From NCBI RefSeq assembly GCF_036323395.1, contig NZ_AP028907.1:1500001-1532000 (forward strand): a stretch of 32,000 nt of DNA, read 5' to 3'. The notes beneath the pieces are model-generated. The model was not told the origin of the DNA. It was given only the letters and a program-made list of their open reading frames with translations, and did no database searches. Of the stretch, positions 18,864 to 28,305 are shown piece after piece; position 1 is the first letter of the stretch; the number at the start of each line of letters is the position of its first letter. This DNA is from Pyrodictium abyssi. GTDB lineage: Archaea; Thermoproteota; Thermoprotei_A; Sulfolobales; Pyrodictiaceae. Position numbers and translations under genes: made by a program.

Positions 18864-18897
18864 ACTAAAAGCCGCCACCCCTCTACGGGGACCGGCT

Positions 18898-19056
18898 ATG
18901 CCAAGCCACGGCTCGCTTACAAAGGCGGGTAAGGTAAGAAAGCAGACACCCCGTATACCAGCAAAGCCCAGGAAGAACCCAGCCCCGCGCATGCGCAACA
19001 GGAAGGAGTACAAGCGCTTCCTAGTCAAGATGCAGCAGGGCCAGCTCCGCCGCTAG
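18898..19056 (+). CDS. rps30e: 30S ribosomal protein S30e (absent from the ORF track)
   Basis: My translation of ATG 18898 to TAG 19056: [52 protein letters not shown] (52 aa). It matches the archaeal/eukaryal S30e pattern HGSL..AGKVR.QTP. TATA box about 40 nt upstream. Confidence 0.93.
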   Translation: MPSHGSLTKAGKVRKQTPRIPAKPRKNPAPRMRNRKEYKRFLVKMQQGQLRR

Positions 19057-19176
19057 CCACCAGTACAGCCCTATACATGAGGCTTAGGGTCAGAGCCCCT
19101 ATACGCGGTTAGAGAACGTTTTTAGACTCTCGTGGGCTGGCAGCCCGTGGGCTCCTAGGGACTGCTTCTATGCTTT

Positions 19177-19395
19177 CTATGTTCGAGTGACTGCTCCCAG
19201 TGCACGACTCTCCTCTAAAAGCTTACTGTAAGCAGATAGAAGCTTCACAACCTCGATGTAGAGTCCGGGTAGCCCGCTATACACCATAGCGAGGGCTATG
19301 CGTGGAGGTACATCTAGGTACGAGAAGAACGCCGCTAATCTTCTACACAGTAGTGCATTGTTATTGTCTCTGCAGAACGGAGCGGGAGCTGTCAC
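19177..19395 (-). CDS. Small hypothetical protein
   Basis: 72 aa; FSYLDVPPRIALAMVYSGLPGLYIEVVKLLSAYSKLLEESRALGAV. GTG start. It fills an otherwise empty gap next to alba, but there is no family evidence. Confidence 0.4.
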   Translation of the reverse strand: MTAPAPFCRDNNNALLCRRLAAFFSYLDVPPRIALAMVYSGLPGLYIEVVKLLSAYSKLLEESRALGAVTRT

Positions 19396-19437
19396 TGTAA
19401 AAATACCTTTATGTTATCCTGCAGGGTAGCTACCGGG

Positions 19438-19737
19438 TTACTCCTCCTTCTTCTCGAGGACTATCTCGATGGTGCTAACCCTGCTCTGGCGGCCGTCGGG
19501 GCTCTGTATGACCTGGCTGTCGATCTTTATCTCCTTTATGTCGACCTTGCCGGGTAGGAACCTCTTCCTCACTATCTCGACTGTGTCAACAGCCTTGCTT
19601 ATAGCGCGGCCCCTAGCCTTGATGACTACCTCCTTGACGCCCTGGTTTAGCAGGGTTAGGGTCGCTAGTACGTAGTTCATTACGGGCTTCTTACCTACTA
19701 GGACAACATTGCTTGGAGCTGCACTGGCCTGCGCCAT
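19438..19737 (-). CDS. albA: DNA/RNA-binding protein Alba
   Basis: From ATG 19737: [72 protein letters not shown], a classic Alba sequence. The track start at 19785 adds 16 unlikely residues. Confidence 0.96.
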   Translation of the reverse strand: MAQASAAPSNVVLVGKKPVMNYVLATLTLLNQGVKEVVIKARGRAISKAVDTVEIVRKRFLPGKVDIKEIKIDSQVIQSPDGRQSRVSTIEIVLEKKEE

Positions 19738-19958
19738 CGCGGACTCCCTCCCTCGCGTCTTGGTCGGGTAGCCACGGACTAGCACTCTGTTATTTAGGCT
19801 TTACTCTTATCCCGCATAATATAGAGGTTATGGGCGCTGGTGGAGCCTGGCGAGCTATAGCCGGGTGTTACTAGGCCTCTCTCCTCTAAGCTCATCGCCC
19901 AGCTTTAGATGCTAAGCATAACCTAGCGGGTAGCTGGCTCTAGGAGGTAGCAAGCAGC

Positions 19959-22900
19959 ATGACATGGACGCTGCTGAGGCCAGTGTACCACGAAGCCTGC
20001 CCTAACTGTGGCGGGGCAGCGACAGCGGATAGACTAGCAAGGGGGCTACCGTGCTCGAGATGTATAAGCGATGATGCTGTGGATAGGCTTCCGCGAGACT
20101 ACTACGACCTTGTAGAGTCTATCGGGAAAGAGCTAAGCGAGAAGGGAGTGCTGCGTGGCTACTGGTACCTGTACAACTCGGTAATGATGCTGAGAGAGTT
20201 TGAGGACTTCTTCCGAAGGCTGACCGGGAGTAAGCTATGGAGCGCTCAGAGAACTTGGGCTAAAAGGCTCCTACAGGACGAGAGCCTAGCAATAGTGGCG
20301 CCAACAGGTGTAGGCAAGACCACGCTCCTAAGCGTCTACGCTCTCTACCGCGCAAACTTCGGCGCACGGGTCTACTATCTCCTCCCAACAGAGAACCTAG
20401 CCATGCAGGTTGAGACTAAGCTAAGAAGTCTCGCAGAGAAAGGCGGCATAGCTGCAAGGATAGTATCCTACTACTCTAGCATGTCTAAGAAATGGCGCGA
20501 AGAAAGCCTCTCACTAATAGAGACGGGCAGCTATGATGTACTCGTGACTACAACTGGCTTCCTCTCCCGCCGCTGGGACTTACTGAGAAATGCACGCTTC
20601 GATGTAGTACTTGTAGACGATGTAGACGCCATACTGAGGAACTCCAGGAACATAGATAAACTGTTAATGCTCCTAGGCTTCGACGAAGAAGCTGTAGCTA
20701 CCGCATACAGTCTCATCAAGAAGAAGATAGCCGCATCCATAGCCCGTGTCTCTGGCCGCATAAAACGCTATGAACAACTCCTCCACGAGATCGAGGAACT
20801 CGAGACTAGGCTATCACTCAAGCTTCTCGAGAGAACCCCCGGCCAGCTGGTAATAGCCTCAGCTACCGGAAGGGCTTATGGGCTCAAACCCAAGTTATTC
20901 CGCGAGCTCCTTGGCTTTGATATAGGCCGTGTCTACGACTACACCAGAAGCATAGCAAACTTCTACCAGATAGACACAGACCCGGCCAGGAAAGCCGTAG
21001 ACGTAGTAAAGAGGCTTGGACCCGGCGGGCTAGTATTCGTAGCAAAGAGGTTCGGTAAGGATATCGCCAAGAAAGTGGCTGAAGAGCTAAACAAGACAGG
21101 CATCAGGGCAGGCCTAGCTCTTGCAGGCCGTAGGGTGCTGGATAGGTTCGCAGCAGGAGAATACGATGTCCTAGTAGGTGTGTCGTCCTACTACGGCGTC
21201 ATAGTACGTGGTATAGATATGCCACAGCGGATACTCTACACAGTCTTCGTCGGCGTGCCAAGCCAGTCGATGAGTGTAGACAAGGCCCTGCTGTCGCCCT
21301 TCCGTATAGTTAGGGCTGGTATCGAACTCGGTATCGAGGGCGGCGAGGAGCTTGCAAGAAAGCTCTCAAAGATAAGCCCCGGTGAGCAGACAGCTCTCCG
21401 CATAGCCCTATCATCGGGCGAACAGCTGGAAGGCAGGCTGGGCGAGCTCCTCCTAGAGCTACTAGAAGTGCGTAGAACAGTGCTAAAGAAGCTACATGAC
21501 ATACTAAAGCCTGGCTCGTCAATAGTGCTTGGCGGTGTACTCTACAAGCACGACGGGGCAGGGATAGTAGCTATTACCCCTGATGCCGCGACATACGTGC
21601 AAGCTAGTGGCCGCGCCAGCCGTATGCTAGGCTCTATAATGACCCACGGTGTAAGCATAGTACTAGAGAGTGAAGAAGAGCTCGTCCAGCTGCTCAGCCA
21701 GAGGCTGCGTAGGTATCTAGAATCGGTGGAGTTTAGCAAGCTGGACTGGAGCAGAGTAGACGAGGAGCTAGAGAAGGCGCGCACAAGTAGAAGCAAGCGT
21801 ATAGGCCGTAAGGTAGACATAGAAACGTGCCTCATAGTAGTAGAGTCGCCAACCAAGGCAAAGACTATAGCAAGCTTCTTCGGGAAGCCTGTGCGGAGGC
21901 GCGTAGGCTCTATAATGGTGTACGAGACAACATTCTATAACCACGTCTCCGGCAAGATACACGTAGCAGCCATAACAGCCTCGGCGGGCCATCTATACGA
22001 CCTCTCCATAGACGGTGAAGGCCTGCACGGCGTGGAGATAGAGAACGGGGAGGTAAGGCCTATCTACAAGCCTATAAAGCGCTGCTTGAACTGTGGGCAC
22101 CAATTCTCCTCCTCAAGTAGCGTGTGCCCGTGGTGTGGCTCCACCAACATAGTGAGCAAGCATGATATTGTAGAAGCACTACGCCAGCTAGCAAGCGAGG
22201 CAGAAGTAGTGTACATAGCGACGGACCCCGACGTCGAGGGAGAAAAGATAGCATACGACATCAAGCTGCTGTTGAAGCCGTACTCACGCAGTATAAAGAG
22301 AATAGAGCTCCACGAGATAACGAGAAACGAGCTAATGAAAGCCCTGGCGTCGCCTCGCGACGTGGACACCCGTCTGGCTTCAGCGCAGATAGTCAGGAGG
22401 ATAGAGGACCGGTGGATAGGCTTCGGGCTAAGCCAGCACCTATGGGACGTCTTCGGGAAACACTGGCTAGGCGCGGGCAGAGTACAGACACCAGTACTAG
22501 GCTGGATAATAGAACGCTACGAAGAGTGGAAAGCAAACATAGGGTACAACGTCTACGTGAAGATAGTTGACGGGCCTCTGCTGAAGCTCCACTACACGGA
22601 GCCGCATCTTGCACGCAGTATAGCCGAAAAGATAGAGCAGAATGGACTACGAGTACTACATGTAGAAGAGACTATAGTGGAGGTAAACCCGCCACCGCCA
22701 TACACGACAGAGGCCCTCATCTACGACGCTTCGCGCTTCATGGGCTACCCAGCACAGAAAACCATGAGGGTTGCACAGGAGCTCTTCGAAGCAGGCCTGA
22801 TAACGTACCACCGTACAGACTCGACACACGTATCGGGACTCGGGCAGAGCATAGCAAGAGAATACATGGCTAACATAGGACGCCCGGACGACTTCCAGCC

Positions 22901-23648
22901 CCGTAGCTGGGGGCCGCAGGGCCACCACGAAGCAATTAGACCTACAAGACCGATAGACAGCGAAACCCTCAGAAAGCTCATAGCCCTCGGCGAGCTACGA
23001 GTGCCAGTCACCATGCGCGAGAGCCACTACCGGCTCTATGAACTGATATTCCGCAGGTTCATAGCAAGCCAGGCGCGGCCAGCAAGACTGCTACGCCGGC
23101 GCCTAGTACTAGGGCTTGACGAGTCCGAGCCGCTAGCCGAGCTAGAGGTCTACGTTGCTGCTCCAGAGGAGGGGTTCCACCGCTACTACCCGGTACCCCG
23201 CCTATACCCAACGCTAGCAGCGCTACGCAGAGGCGACGCGGTAGGGGTCGGCAGGGTAGCGGTGAAACGCGGATCCACTGTATACCTGTACAGTCACGGA
23301 GACGTGGTAGCACTGATGAAGAAGCGTGGCCTAGGCCGCCCGAGCACCTATGCTAAGATAATAGAGGCGCTAAACCGCCACGGCTATGTAATAGAGAGCA
23401 AGTACAGGAAGAGGCTAGTACCAACCAAGCTAGGCATAGAGGTATACGAATACCTTGAGGCAAACTACGGTGAACTCGTATCTGAGGAGCGTACACGGAA
23501 ACTAAATGAGGAGATAGAGGCAATAGCCTCTGGGAAACTAAGCCCACTGACAGTGATAAACGAGCTATACACTGAGCTGGAGCACTTGCTAGAGAGGCCG
23601 CTCGCAGTAAAACGTGTGGAGAAGATACATGGCAGCCATCATGCCTAG
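19959..23648 (+). CDS. rgy: Reverse gyrase
   Basis: 1229 aa; N-terminal zinc finger CPNCGG...CSRC, helicase-like Walker A APTGVGKTTLL, DDVD, then a type IA topoisomerase domain (IVVESPTKAKTIASFFGKP, second zinc finger CLNCGHQFSSSSSVCPWCGS, DPDVEGEKIA, LITYHRTDSTHVS). Full length, no intein seen. Confidence 0.98.
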   Translation: MTWTLLRPVYHEACPNCGGAATADRLARGLPCSRCISDDAVDRLPRDYYDLVESIGKELSEKGVLRGYWYLYNSVMMLREFEDFFRRLTGSKLWSAQRTWAKRLLQDESLAIVAPTGVGKTTLLSVYALYRANFGARVYYLLPTENLAMQVETKLRSLAEKGGIAARIVSYYSSMSKKWREESLSLIETGSYDVLVTTTGFLSRRWDLLRNARFDVVLVDDVDAILRNSRNIDKLLMLLGFDEEAVATAYSLIKKKIAASIARVSGRIKRYEQLLHEIEELETRLSLKLLERTPGQLVIASATGRAYGLKPKLFRELLGFDIGRVYDYTRSIANFYQIDTDPARKAVDVVKRLGPGGLVFVAKRFGKDIAKKVAEELNKTGIRAGLALAGRRVLDRFAAGEYDVLVGVSSYYGVIVRGIDMPQRILYTVFVGVPSQSMSVDKALLSPFRIVRAGIELGIEGGEELARKLSKISPGEQTALRIALSSGEQLEGRLGELLLELLEVRRTVLKKLHDILKPGSSIVLGGVLYKHDGAGIVAITPDAATYVQASGRASRMLGSIMTHGVSIVLESEEELVQLLSQRLRRYLESVEFSKLDWSRVDEELEKARTSRSKRIGRKVDIETCLIVVESPTKAKTIASFFGKPVRRRVGSIMVYETTFYNHVSGKIHVAAITASAGHLYDLSIDGEGLHGVEIENGEVRPIYKPIKRCLNCGHQFSSSSSVCPWCGSTNIVSKHDIVEALRQLASEAEVVYIATDPDVEGEKIAYDIKLLLKPYSRSIKRIELHEITRNELMKALASPRDVDTRLASAQIVRRIEDRWIGFGLSQHLWDVFGKHWLGAGRVQTPVLGWIIERYEEWKANIGYNVYVKIVDGPLLKLHYTEPHLARSIAEKIEQNGLRVLHVEETIVEVNPPPPYTTEALIYDASRFMGYPAQKTMRVAQELFEAGLITYHRTDSTHVSGLGQSIAREYMANIGRPDDFQPRSWGPQGHHEAIRPTRPIDSETLRKLIALGELRVPVTMRESHYRLYELIFRRFIASQARPARLLRRRLVLGLDESEPLAELEVYVAAPEEGFHRYYPVPRLYPTLAALRRGDAVGVGRVAVKRGSTVYLYSHGDVVALMKKRGLGRPSTYAKIIEALNRHGYVIESKYRKRLVPTKLGIEVYEYLEANYGELVSEERTRKLNEEIEAIASGKLSPLTVINELYTELEHLLERPLAVKRVEKIHGSHHA

Positions 23649-24484
23649 GCGGCGTCTCTCCGGAACTTCCAGACAGTCTCACGAGGGTCCGGCGCTGGCG
23701 GCATCTTTCTCTTATGCTCACTAGCCCGGTGCATCTCGAGAACTTTCTCTATCTTCTCCCTGGGCAGCCCCGTAGCCTCCGCTGCCTCGTCGACACTCAG
23801 CCCCAGATCGAATAATGCATAGAGGGCCAAGTCTACCTCGTCGTACTTCATGCCTAGCTCGTCCTCGGCTAGATGGCCAGGCCATAGGCGCGGGCTGCTA
23901 GGCTTCAACGCTATACTCTCGGGCACACCGAGGTACAGAGCCAGCCTCCTTACCTGCGACTTGTACAGAGAGCCTATGGGTAGAAAGTCTACAGCACCGT
24001 CACCGTACTTGGTGAAATAGCCGATGAGTATCTCGCTCCGGTCACCCGTGCCAGCTACCAGCAAACCGTGCATGTTTGCATGCAAGTAGAGTAGTGCCAT
24101 ACGTATACGCGCTCTAAGATTGCCCAGGCTCCTCCTATCAGGATCAGCCGCTATCCCTGCGACGAAGCTCCTCACAATGGGCTTTATGTCGATGAGCTTA
24201 TACTCCACGCCAAGCATCTCCACGAGCCTCTTTGCGTCCTCGACGTCACTGGCAGGGGTGACATCGCTATCAGGCATTATAAGAGCCAGCACCCGGTCGG
24301 GGCCGAGCGCTCTCACAGAGAGCGCAAGCGTCGTAGCCGAGTCAACACCACCACTAACACCAACCACGACACCCCTAGCGCCAGCGCTCTCGACGACACT
24401 CTGTATGAACGACTCCAGTGCTGCTGCTACACCGCTATAGTCTAGGCTCACCACTTCTTCGAGAGTTACACGCCCCCGGCCCAT
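23645..24484 (-). CDS. nadE: NAD+ synthase
   Basis: GVVVGVSGGVDSATTLALSVRAL (PP-loop SGGVDS), GTGDRSEILIGYFTKYGDGAVDFLPIGSLYKSQVR. The track ORF begins at 24634, but ATG 24484 (MGRGRVTLEEVV) is the more credible start. Confidence 0.96.
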   Translation of the reverse strand: MGRGRVTLEEVVSLDYSGVAAALESFIQSVVESAGARGVVVGVSGGVDSATTLALSVRALGPDRVLALIMPDSDVTPASDVEDAKRLVEMLGVEYKLIDIKPIVRSFVAGIAADPDRRSLGNLRARIRMALLYLHANMHGLLVAGTGDRSEILIGYFTKYGDGAVDFLPIGSLYKSQVRRLALYLGVPESIALKPSSPRLWPGHLAEDELGMKYDEVDLALYALFDLGLSVDEAAEATGLPREKIEKVLEMHRASEHKRKMPPAPDPRETVWKFRRDAA

Positions 24485-24661
24485 GATACCGGCCTCTGCC
24501 CACCAGCTTCCAGGATGCTGTGCTAGTGTGCAAGGCTTTACGCAAAACGTTGCTAAGCAGTAGCCCACACAGCGGGGAAGGAGGCTTGCAAGGTAAGGGG
24601 ACGCGTGCCGGACAGACCAGGTATATCTCGGCATGGAGGTAGCAGCTAGTAGGGGAGCCTA

Positions 24662-26266
24662 ATGCAGCCCGAAGAGCGGCTGCAGATAGGCCTAGGCAGC
24701 CACATAACCTCTATCGACGTCTCTGTAATCGATACCAACTCGGAGGCTCTGGGTGTAAGCCGGCTACAGCTCATGGAAAATGCGGGCCGGAGCGTTGCAG
24801 AGGAGCTAGCTAAGCGCACAAAGAGAGGATCGAGAATAGCAGTACTGGCAGGGCCAGGCGGTAACGGCGGCGACGGGCTAGCAGCGGCGAGGCATCTGGC
24901 ATACATGGGGTACAGCGTAGACGTTGTGCTTCTCGCCAAGCCAAGTGAGATACGAAGTCCAGAGGCAAGAGCGATGTACGAGGCAGTAGAACTGATGGAC
25001 ACGACTATAGGGCTCCAAGTGGCCCGTAATCCACGCGACATAGACCTGCACGGGTACGATGTCGTTGTTGACGCTCTGCTGGGTACCGGGCTTAAAGGAG
25101 CACCCCGAAGTCCATACGCCGAAGCCATAGACGCCATAAATAACGCAGACGCGTTAAAGATAGCCGTTGATGTCCCCTCCGGGCTGAACGCTGACACAGG
25201 CGAAGCTCCAGGCCCGTGCGTCAAAGCTGACGTAACAGTTACGTTCCACAAGCCGAAGCCTGGTCTCCTTAAGCGCCCCGACCTGGTAGGCGAACTGGTC
25301 GTAGCGAGCATAGGTGCTCCCCCTGAGGCAGAGATCTATGTGGGCCCTGGCGACGTACTCTACCGGGTGCCGAGAAGAAGCTGGCGTACCCACAAGGGCC
25401 AGGCAGGCCGCGTACTAGTAGTAGGAGGCTCCGAGGACTTCATAGGTGCGCCGATAATATCGGCGCTCGCGGCTCAACGCGCTGGGGTCGACCTCGTATA
25501 CATAGCGGCTCCAAGCAAGGTGATAACAGCCGCCTCAAAGCATCCAGTACTCATACCAGTAGAGCTAAAAGACGCGCCATGGTTAAGCCCGGACCACGTA
25601 GATACGATACTCCGCGTAGCAGAACGTGTAGACTCAATAGTTATAGGTATGGGGCTAGGCCTAAACCGGGATACACAGGAAGCCGTAAAGGAGCTACTAG
25701 CACGTATACCCAAGGACAAGCCCGTAGTCTTGGATGCTGATGCGCTAAAGATAGTCTCAGACAATAGGGAGCTGATAAGACGCAACATGGTGCTAACCCC
25801 GCACGAGGTCGAGTTCCACAAGGTCTTTGGCGTAAAACCAGCACCCGTTGAGGAGCTGCCAGCACGCATCAGGGATGCTGCCCGGCAGGCCAGGCTACAC
25901 GGCAACGTGACGATAATACTCAAAGGCCCCATAGACGTGATAACAGACGGTGTCCGTGCCCGCCTGAACAAAACTGGCGCTCCTGCTATGAGTGCTGGTG
26001 GCACCGGCGACGCGTTAGCGGGGATAACTGGAGCGCTACTTGCTAAGGGCCTGGAGCCCTTTGACGCGGCGTGTATAGCAGCTTACATCAACGGGGCTGC
26101 TGGCGCACTAGCCTATAAGGAGTACGGTGAGTCAATGAACGCTATGGACTTGATAGGGTATATCCATGTAGTGTTGAACGGCCCTGTAAAGGTGGCTAAG
26201 GAGGCGCTAGTCTATAGACGGTTACCGGTGAAGAGAACTGCGATAGGTGTGTGGAACACGTTGTAG
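24662..26266 (+). CDS. nnr: Bifunctional NAD(P)H-hydrate epimerase / ADP-dependent (S)-NAD(P)H-hydrate dehydratase
   Basis: 534 aa; N-terminal YjeF_N (LMENAGRSVAEEL, VLAGPGGNGGDGLAAARHLA, DALLGTGLKG) and C-terminal carbohydrate-kinase-like domain (KGQAGRVLVVGGSEDFIGAP, VLDADALKI, LTPHEVEF, AGGTGDALAGITGALLA). Confidence 0.97.
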   Translation: MQPEERLQIGLGSHITSIDVSVIDTNSEALGVSRLQLMENAGRSVAEELAKRTKRGSRIAVLAGPGGNGGDGLAAARHLAYMGYSVDVVLLAKPSEIRSPEARAMYEAVELMDTTIGLQVARNPRDIDLHGYDVVVDALLGTGLKGAPRSPYAEAIDAINNADALKIAVDVPSGLNADTGEAPGPCVKADVTVTFHKPKPGLLKRPDLVGELVVASIGAPPEAEIYVGPGDVLYRVPRRSWRTHKGQAGRVLVVGGSEDFIGAPIISALAAQRAGVDLVYIAAPSKVITAASKHPVLIPVELKDAPWLSPDHVDTILRVAERVDSIVIGMGLGLNRDTQEAVKELLARIPKDKPVVLDADALKIVSDNRELIRRNMVLTPHEVEFHKVFGVKPAPVEELPARIRDAARQARLHGNVTIILKGPIDVITDGVRARLNKTGAPAMSAGGTGDALAGITGALLAKGLEPFDAACIAAYINGAAGALAYKEYGESMNAMDLIGYIHVVLNGPVKVAKEALVYRRLPVKRTAIGVWNTL

Positions 26267-26540
26267 GAGCGGGCCCCGGGATAGCGAGTGTTGTAGGCCG
26301 CAGCGGCTGAAGAGGAGTACCAGGCCGGCTACGGCCCTCCCGGGGCCCGTGGAAAAGCTGACCCTCGACCCTCTTATTTCAGCCGCGTCCAGGAGTAGGG
26401 CGAGAAGTACCGGCTCCTAAGTTGTCTATAGAAGGGTTGGGGTCGGCGTGAGACTAGGCCAGTCATCCTTCCCGATCGTGGGGTCCTAGACTGCCCGCCT
26501 CTCCATCCCCCAGAGGGTCTACAGCTGCTGGGCAGGCTTT
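26267..26540 (+). ncRNA. Candidate structured non-coding RNA (strand and boundaries provisional)
   Basis: GC-rich, no convincing ORF. Arm pairs read directly: 26269-26281 with 26338-26350; 26357-26372 with 26433-26447; hairpin 26323-26336; 26454-26458 with 26485-26489; 26491-26496 with 26530-26535. No recognised family motif. Confidence 0.4.
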
Positions 26541-26548
26541 AAATAGGA

Positions 26549-26557
26549 TTTTTTATA
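26549..26557 (+). promoter_or_regulatory. TATA-like element upstream of tbp
   Basis: TTTTTTATAG about 25-30 nt upstream of GTG 26582. A second TTTAAATA-like element lies at 26538-26545. Confidence 0.4.
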
Positions 26558-26581
26558 GCCGGTTTAAAAGGGTGTGTTAGG

Positions 26582-27181
26582 GTGAAGTCTTCTGCCACAC
26601 AGCAGAGGCAGGATGATGCCGCTCTAGAACCCAAGCCTACAGCGAATATAGAGAACATAGTAGCTACCGTGTCGCTCGATCAGACGCTCGACCTCCGTAT
26701 GATAGAGCGGAGTATACTGACTGTGGAGTACAATCCGGACCAGTTTCCTGGCCTGGTCTACAGGCTCGACTCGCCGAAGGTCACGGCACTGATATTCAAG
26801 TCAGGAAAAATGGTTGTAACTGGAGCTAAGAGCACCCACGACCTAATTGAGGCCGTAAAGAAGATCGTGCGCAACTTAAAGAAGCATGGTATACAGATCT
26901 ATGGGAGGCCTAAAGTCCAGATCCAGAACATAGTAGCGTCAGCTAACCTAAACGTCTGTGTAGACCTAGAGCGTGCGGCACTAACACTAGAGAACAGCAT
27001 GTACGAGCCTGAGCAGTTCCCCGGCCTCATACACCGCATGGATGAGCCTCGCGTAGTTCTGCTGATATTCAGCTCCGGGAAGATGGTGATAACGGGGGCT
27101 AAGCGTGAGGAGGAGGTGTACGAGGCCGTTAACAGGATATACGAGAAGCTAAAGAAGCTGAGAGCAATAAGACCCTGCTAA
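26582..27181 (+). CDS. tbp: TATA-box-binding protein
   Basis: 199 aa with two direct TBP repeats: [17 protein letters not shown]...[34 protein letters not shown] and [16 protein letters not shown]...[34 protein letters not shown]. Confidence 0.98.
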   Translation: MKSSATQQRQDDAALEPKPTANIENIVATVSLDQTLDLRMIERSILTVEYNPDQFPGLVYRLDSPKVTALIFKSGKMVVTGAKSTHDLIEAVKKIVRNLKKHGIQIYGRPKVQIQNIVASANLNVCVDLERAALTLENSMYEPEQFPGLIHRMDEPRVVLLIFSSGKMVITGAKREEEVYEAVNRIYEKLKKLRAIRPC

Positions 27182-27246
27182 GCAGTTAAGAGGAGTACTA
27201 GACCGGGCTCTAACCCCTCGTTTGTTTGCGTACATAGTGCGTCCAT

Positions 27247-27528
27247 CTATTTCGTTTCTAGGACTCCCCGCTTCAGTGCAAGCCAGGCTATATCCCGTGC
27301 TATCCTCCTGGACTTCGTGCGGACAACCACAATGTCTCCTAGCGTCTCCTCCATTACTTCATCCCGGTACTTCTCAAGAATGGCGTAGACGACATTGTCT
27401 CGTTCGTCTTCCCGGCGGAGCACTATCACATAGTAGCCTGCGGGATCAGGTCTCCGTAGGATATCCTCTATTATCCTCTGAGGCTTCTCCGGCATCGCTA
27501 CCACCGCTTGCTGGCTCGGCCTGGGCAA
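27247..27528 (-). CDS. Small hypothetical protein
   Basis: 93 aa; YYVIVLRREDERDNVVYAILEKYRDEVMEETLGDIVVVRTKSRRIARDIAWLALKRG. Internal ATG at 27495 possible. Overlaps the upstream gene. Confidence 0.6.
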   Translation of the reverse strand: MPRPSQQAVVAMPEKPQRIIEDILRRPDPAGYYVIVLRREDERDNVVYAILEKYRDEVMEETLGDIVVVRTKSRRIARDIAWLALKRGVLETK

Positions 27529-28126
27529 CAGCCATGTTTACATAGAACTTTATAGCAGTAAATGCTCGTTCCTCCTCAGTCATGTAGCCTGAGATTACTC
27601 TTTCGAGATGAACAGTCATACGGGAGAGACGCTCACTCGGCGTAACGGAGACTAGATATACAACGGCTAGGTACCTAGCTATCGCCGCGAAGATGAAAGG
27701 CTCAACAATACTGAGTAGACGTATCACACGCTCGTTGTCTAAGCTCATCCCGCTACGTAGTATCGCAGCTACATTGTTTATCAAATTGATCTCGTGTAGC
27801 GCGTATCTCGTAAGCATTAGCGACAGTATAGAGTATACCTCTTCTACGACATTTTCTAGATGAGCTGACATAGCCTCCATAGATTTATCGAAGACGATCT
27901 TGTTAAGGGAGTCTAGTTGGCCGAAGAGGAACACTAGATAGGCTGAGCCCAGTGGCGTATTGCATGAACCGTGTTTCTCAATGAACTCTGAGGCTAGTTT
28001 GACTACATCCACAAGTGTGAGACGTGGTTTTCCAGACTCTATATCGTGTTTGACACGCGATGCGAGAGTTCTTATAAACTCTCGAACGAGGTTACTACAG
28101 CTGGCTTCGCTAATAGTATAGTCCAT
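27446..28126 (-). CDS. Hypothetical helical protein
   Basis: 226 aa with a natural-looking helical sequence and a low-complexity acidic tail. Confidence 0.7.
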   Translation of the reverse strand: MDYTISEASCSNLVREFIRTLASRVKHDIESGKPRLTLVDVVKLASEFIEKHGSCNTPLGSAYLVFLFGQLDSLNKIVFDKSMEAMSAHLENVVEEVYSILSLMLTRYALHEINLINNVAAILRSGMSLDNERVIRLLSIVEPFIFAAIARYLAVVYLVSVTPSERLSRMTVHLERVISGYMTEEERAFTAIKFYVNMAVAQAEPASGGSDAGEASEDNRGYPTET

Positions 28127-28305
28127 GACATCTACACCAGTTCGTGAACGCTATAGAGCTGCGAGTTGTATCCGGGGGCTTAAAGTCAGCAACCTACCCT
28201 GCTGTCATTGACAACTCTCACCCCAATCGGGGTGTATCATCATCTGGTATACTCGGCTTGAGACATGCTGGAACAAACGGCAGACCGTACAGTATGGGGG
28301 CTATC

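Noticed and set aside
18816-19028. 70-aa minus-strand ORF ([22 protein letters not shown]...)
   Set aside because: Antisense to the S30e gene, which has a clear family match.
19959-23648. Many antisense ORFs inside reverse gyrase (for example 21236..21502 -, 21542..21856 -, 22745..23014 -)
   Set aside because: Low-complexity Ser/Pro/Leu-rich translations typical of shadow frames of a GC-rich gene; reverse gyrase on the plus strand explains the region.
24646-26004. Minus-strand ORFs of 221 and 176 aa overlapping nnr
   Set aside because: Ser/Ala/Arg-rich shadow translations; the plus-strand frame encodes a clear YjeF-type protein across the same bases.
28190-28260. Possible C/D box sRNA on the minus strand (ATGATGA ... 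CTGA about 47 nt apart) overlapping the hairpin CACCCC-AATC-GGGGTG
   Set aside because: C and D boxes are present, but I see no convincing D' and C' boxes and no terminal stem; the spacing could be chance.
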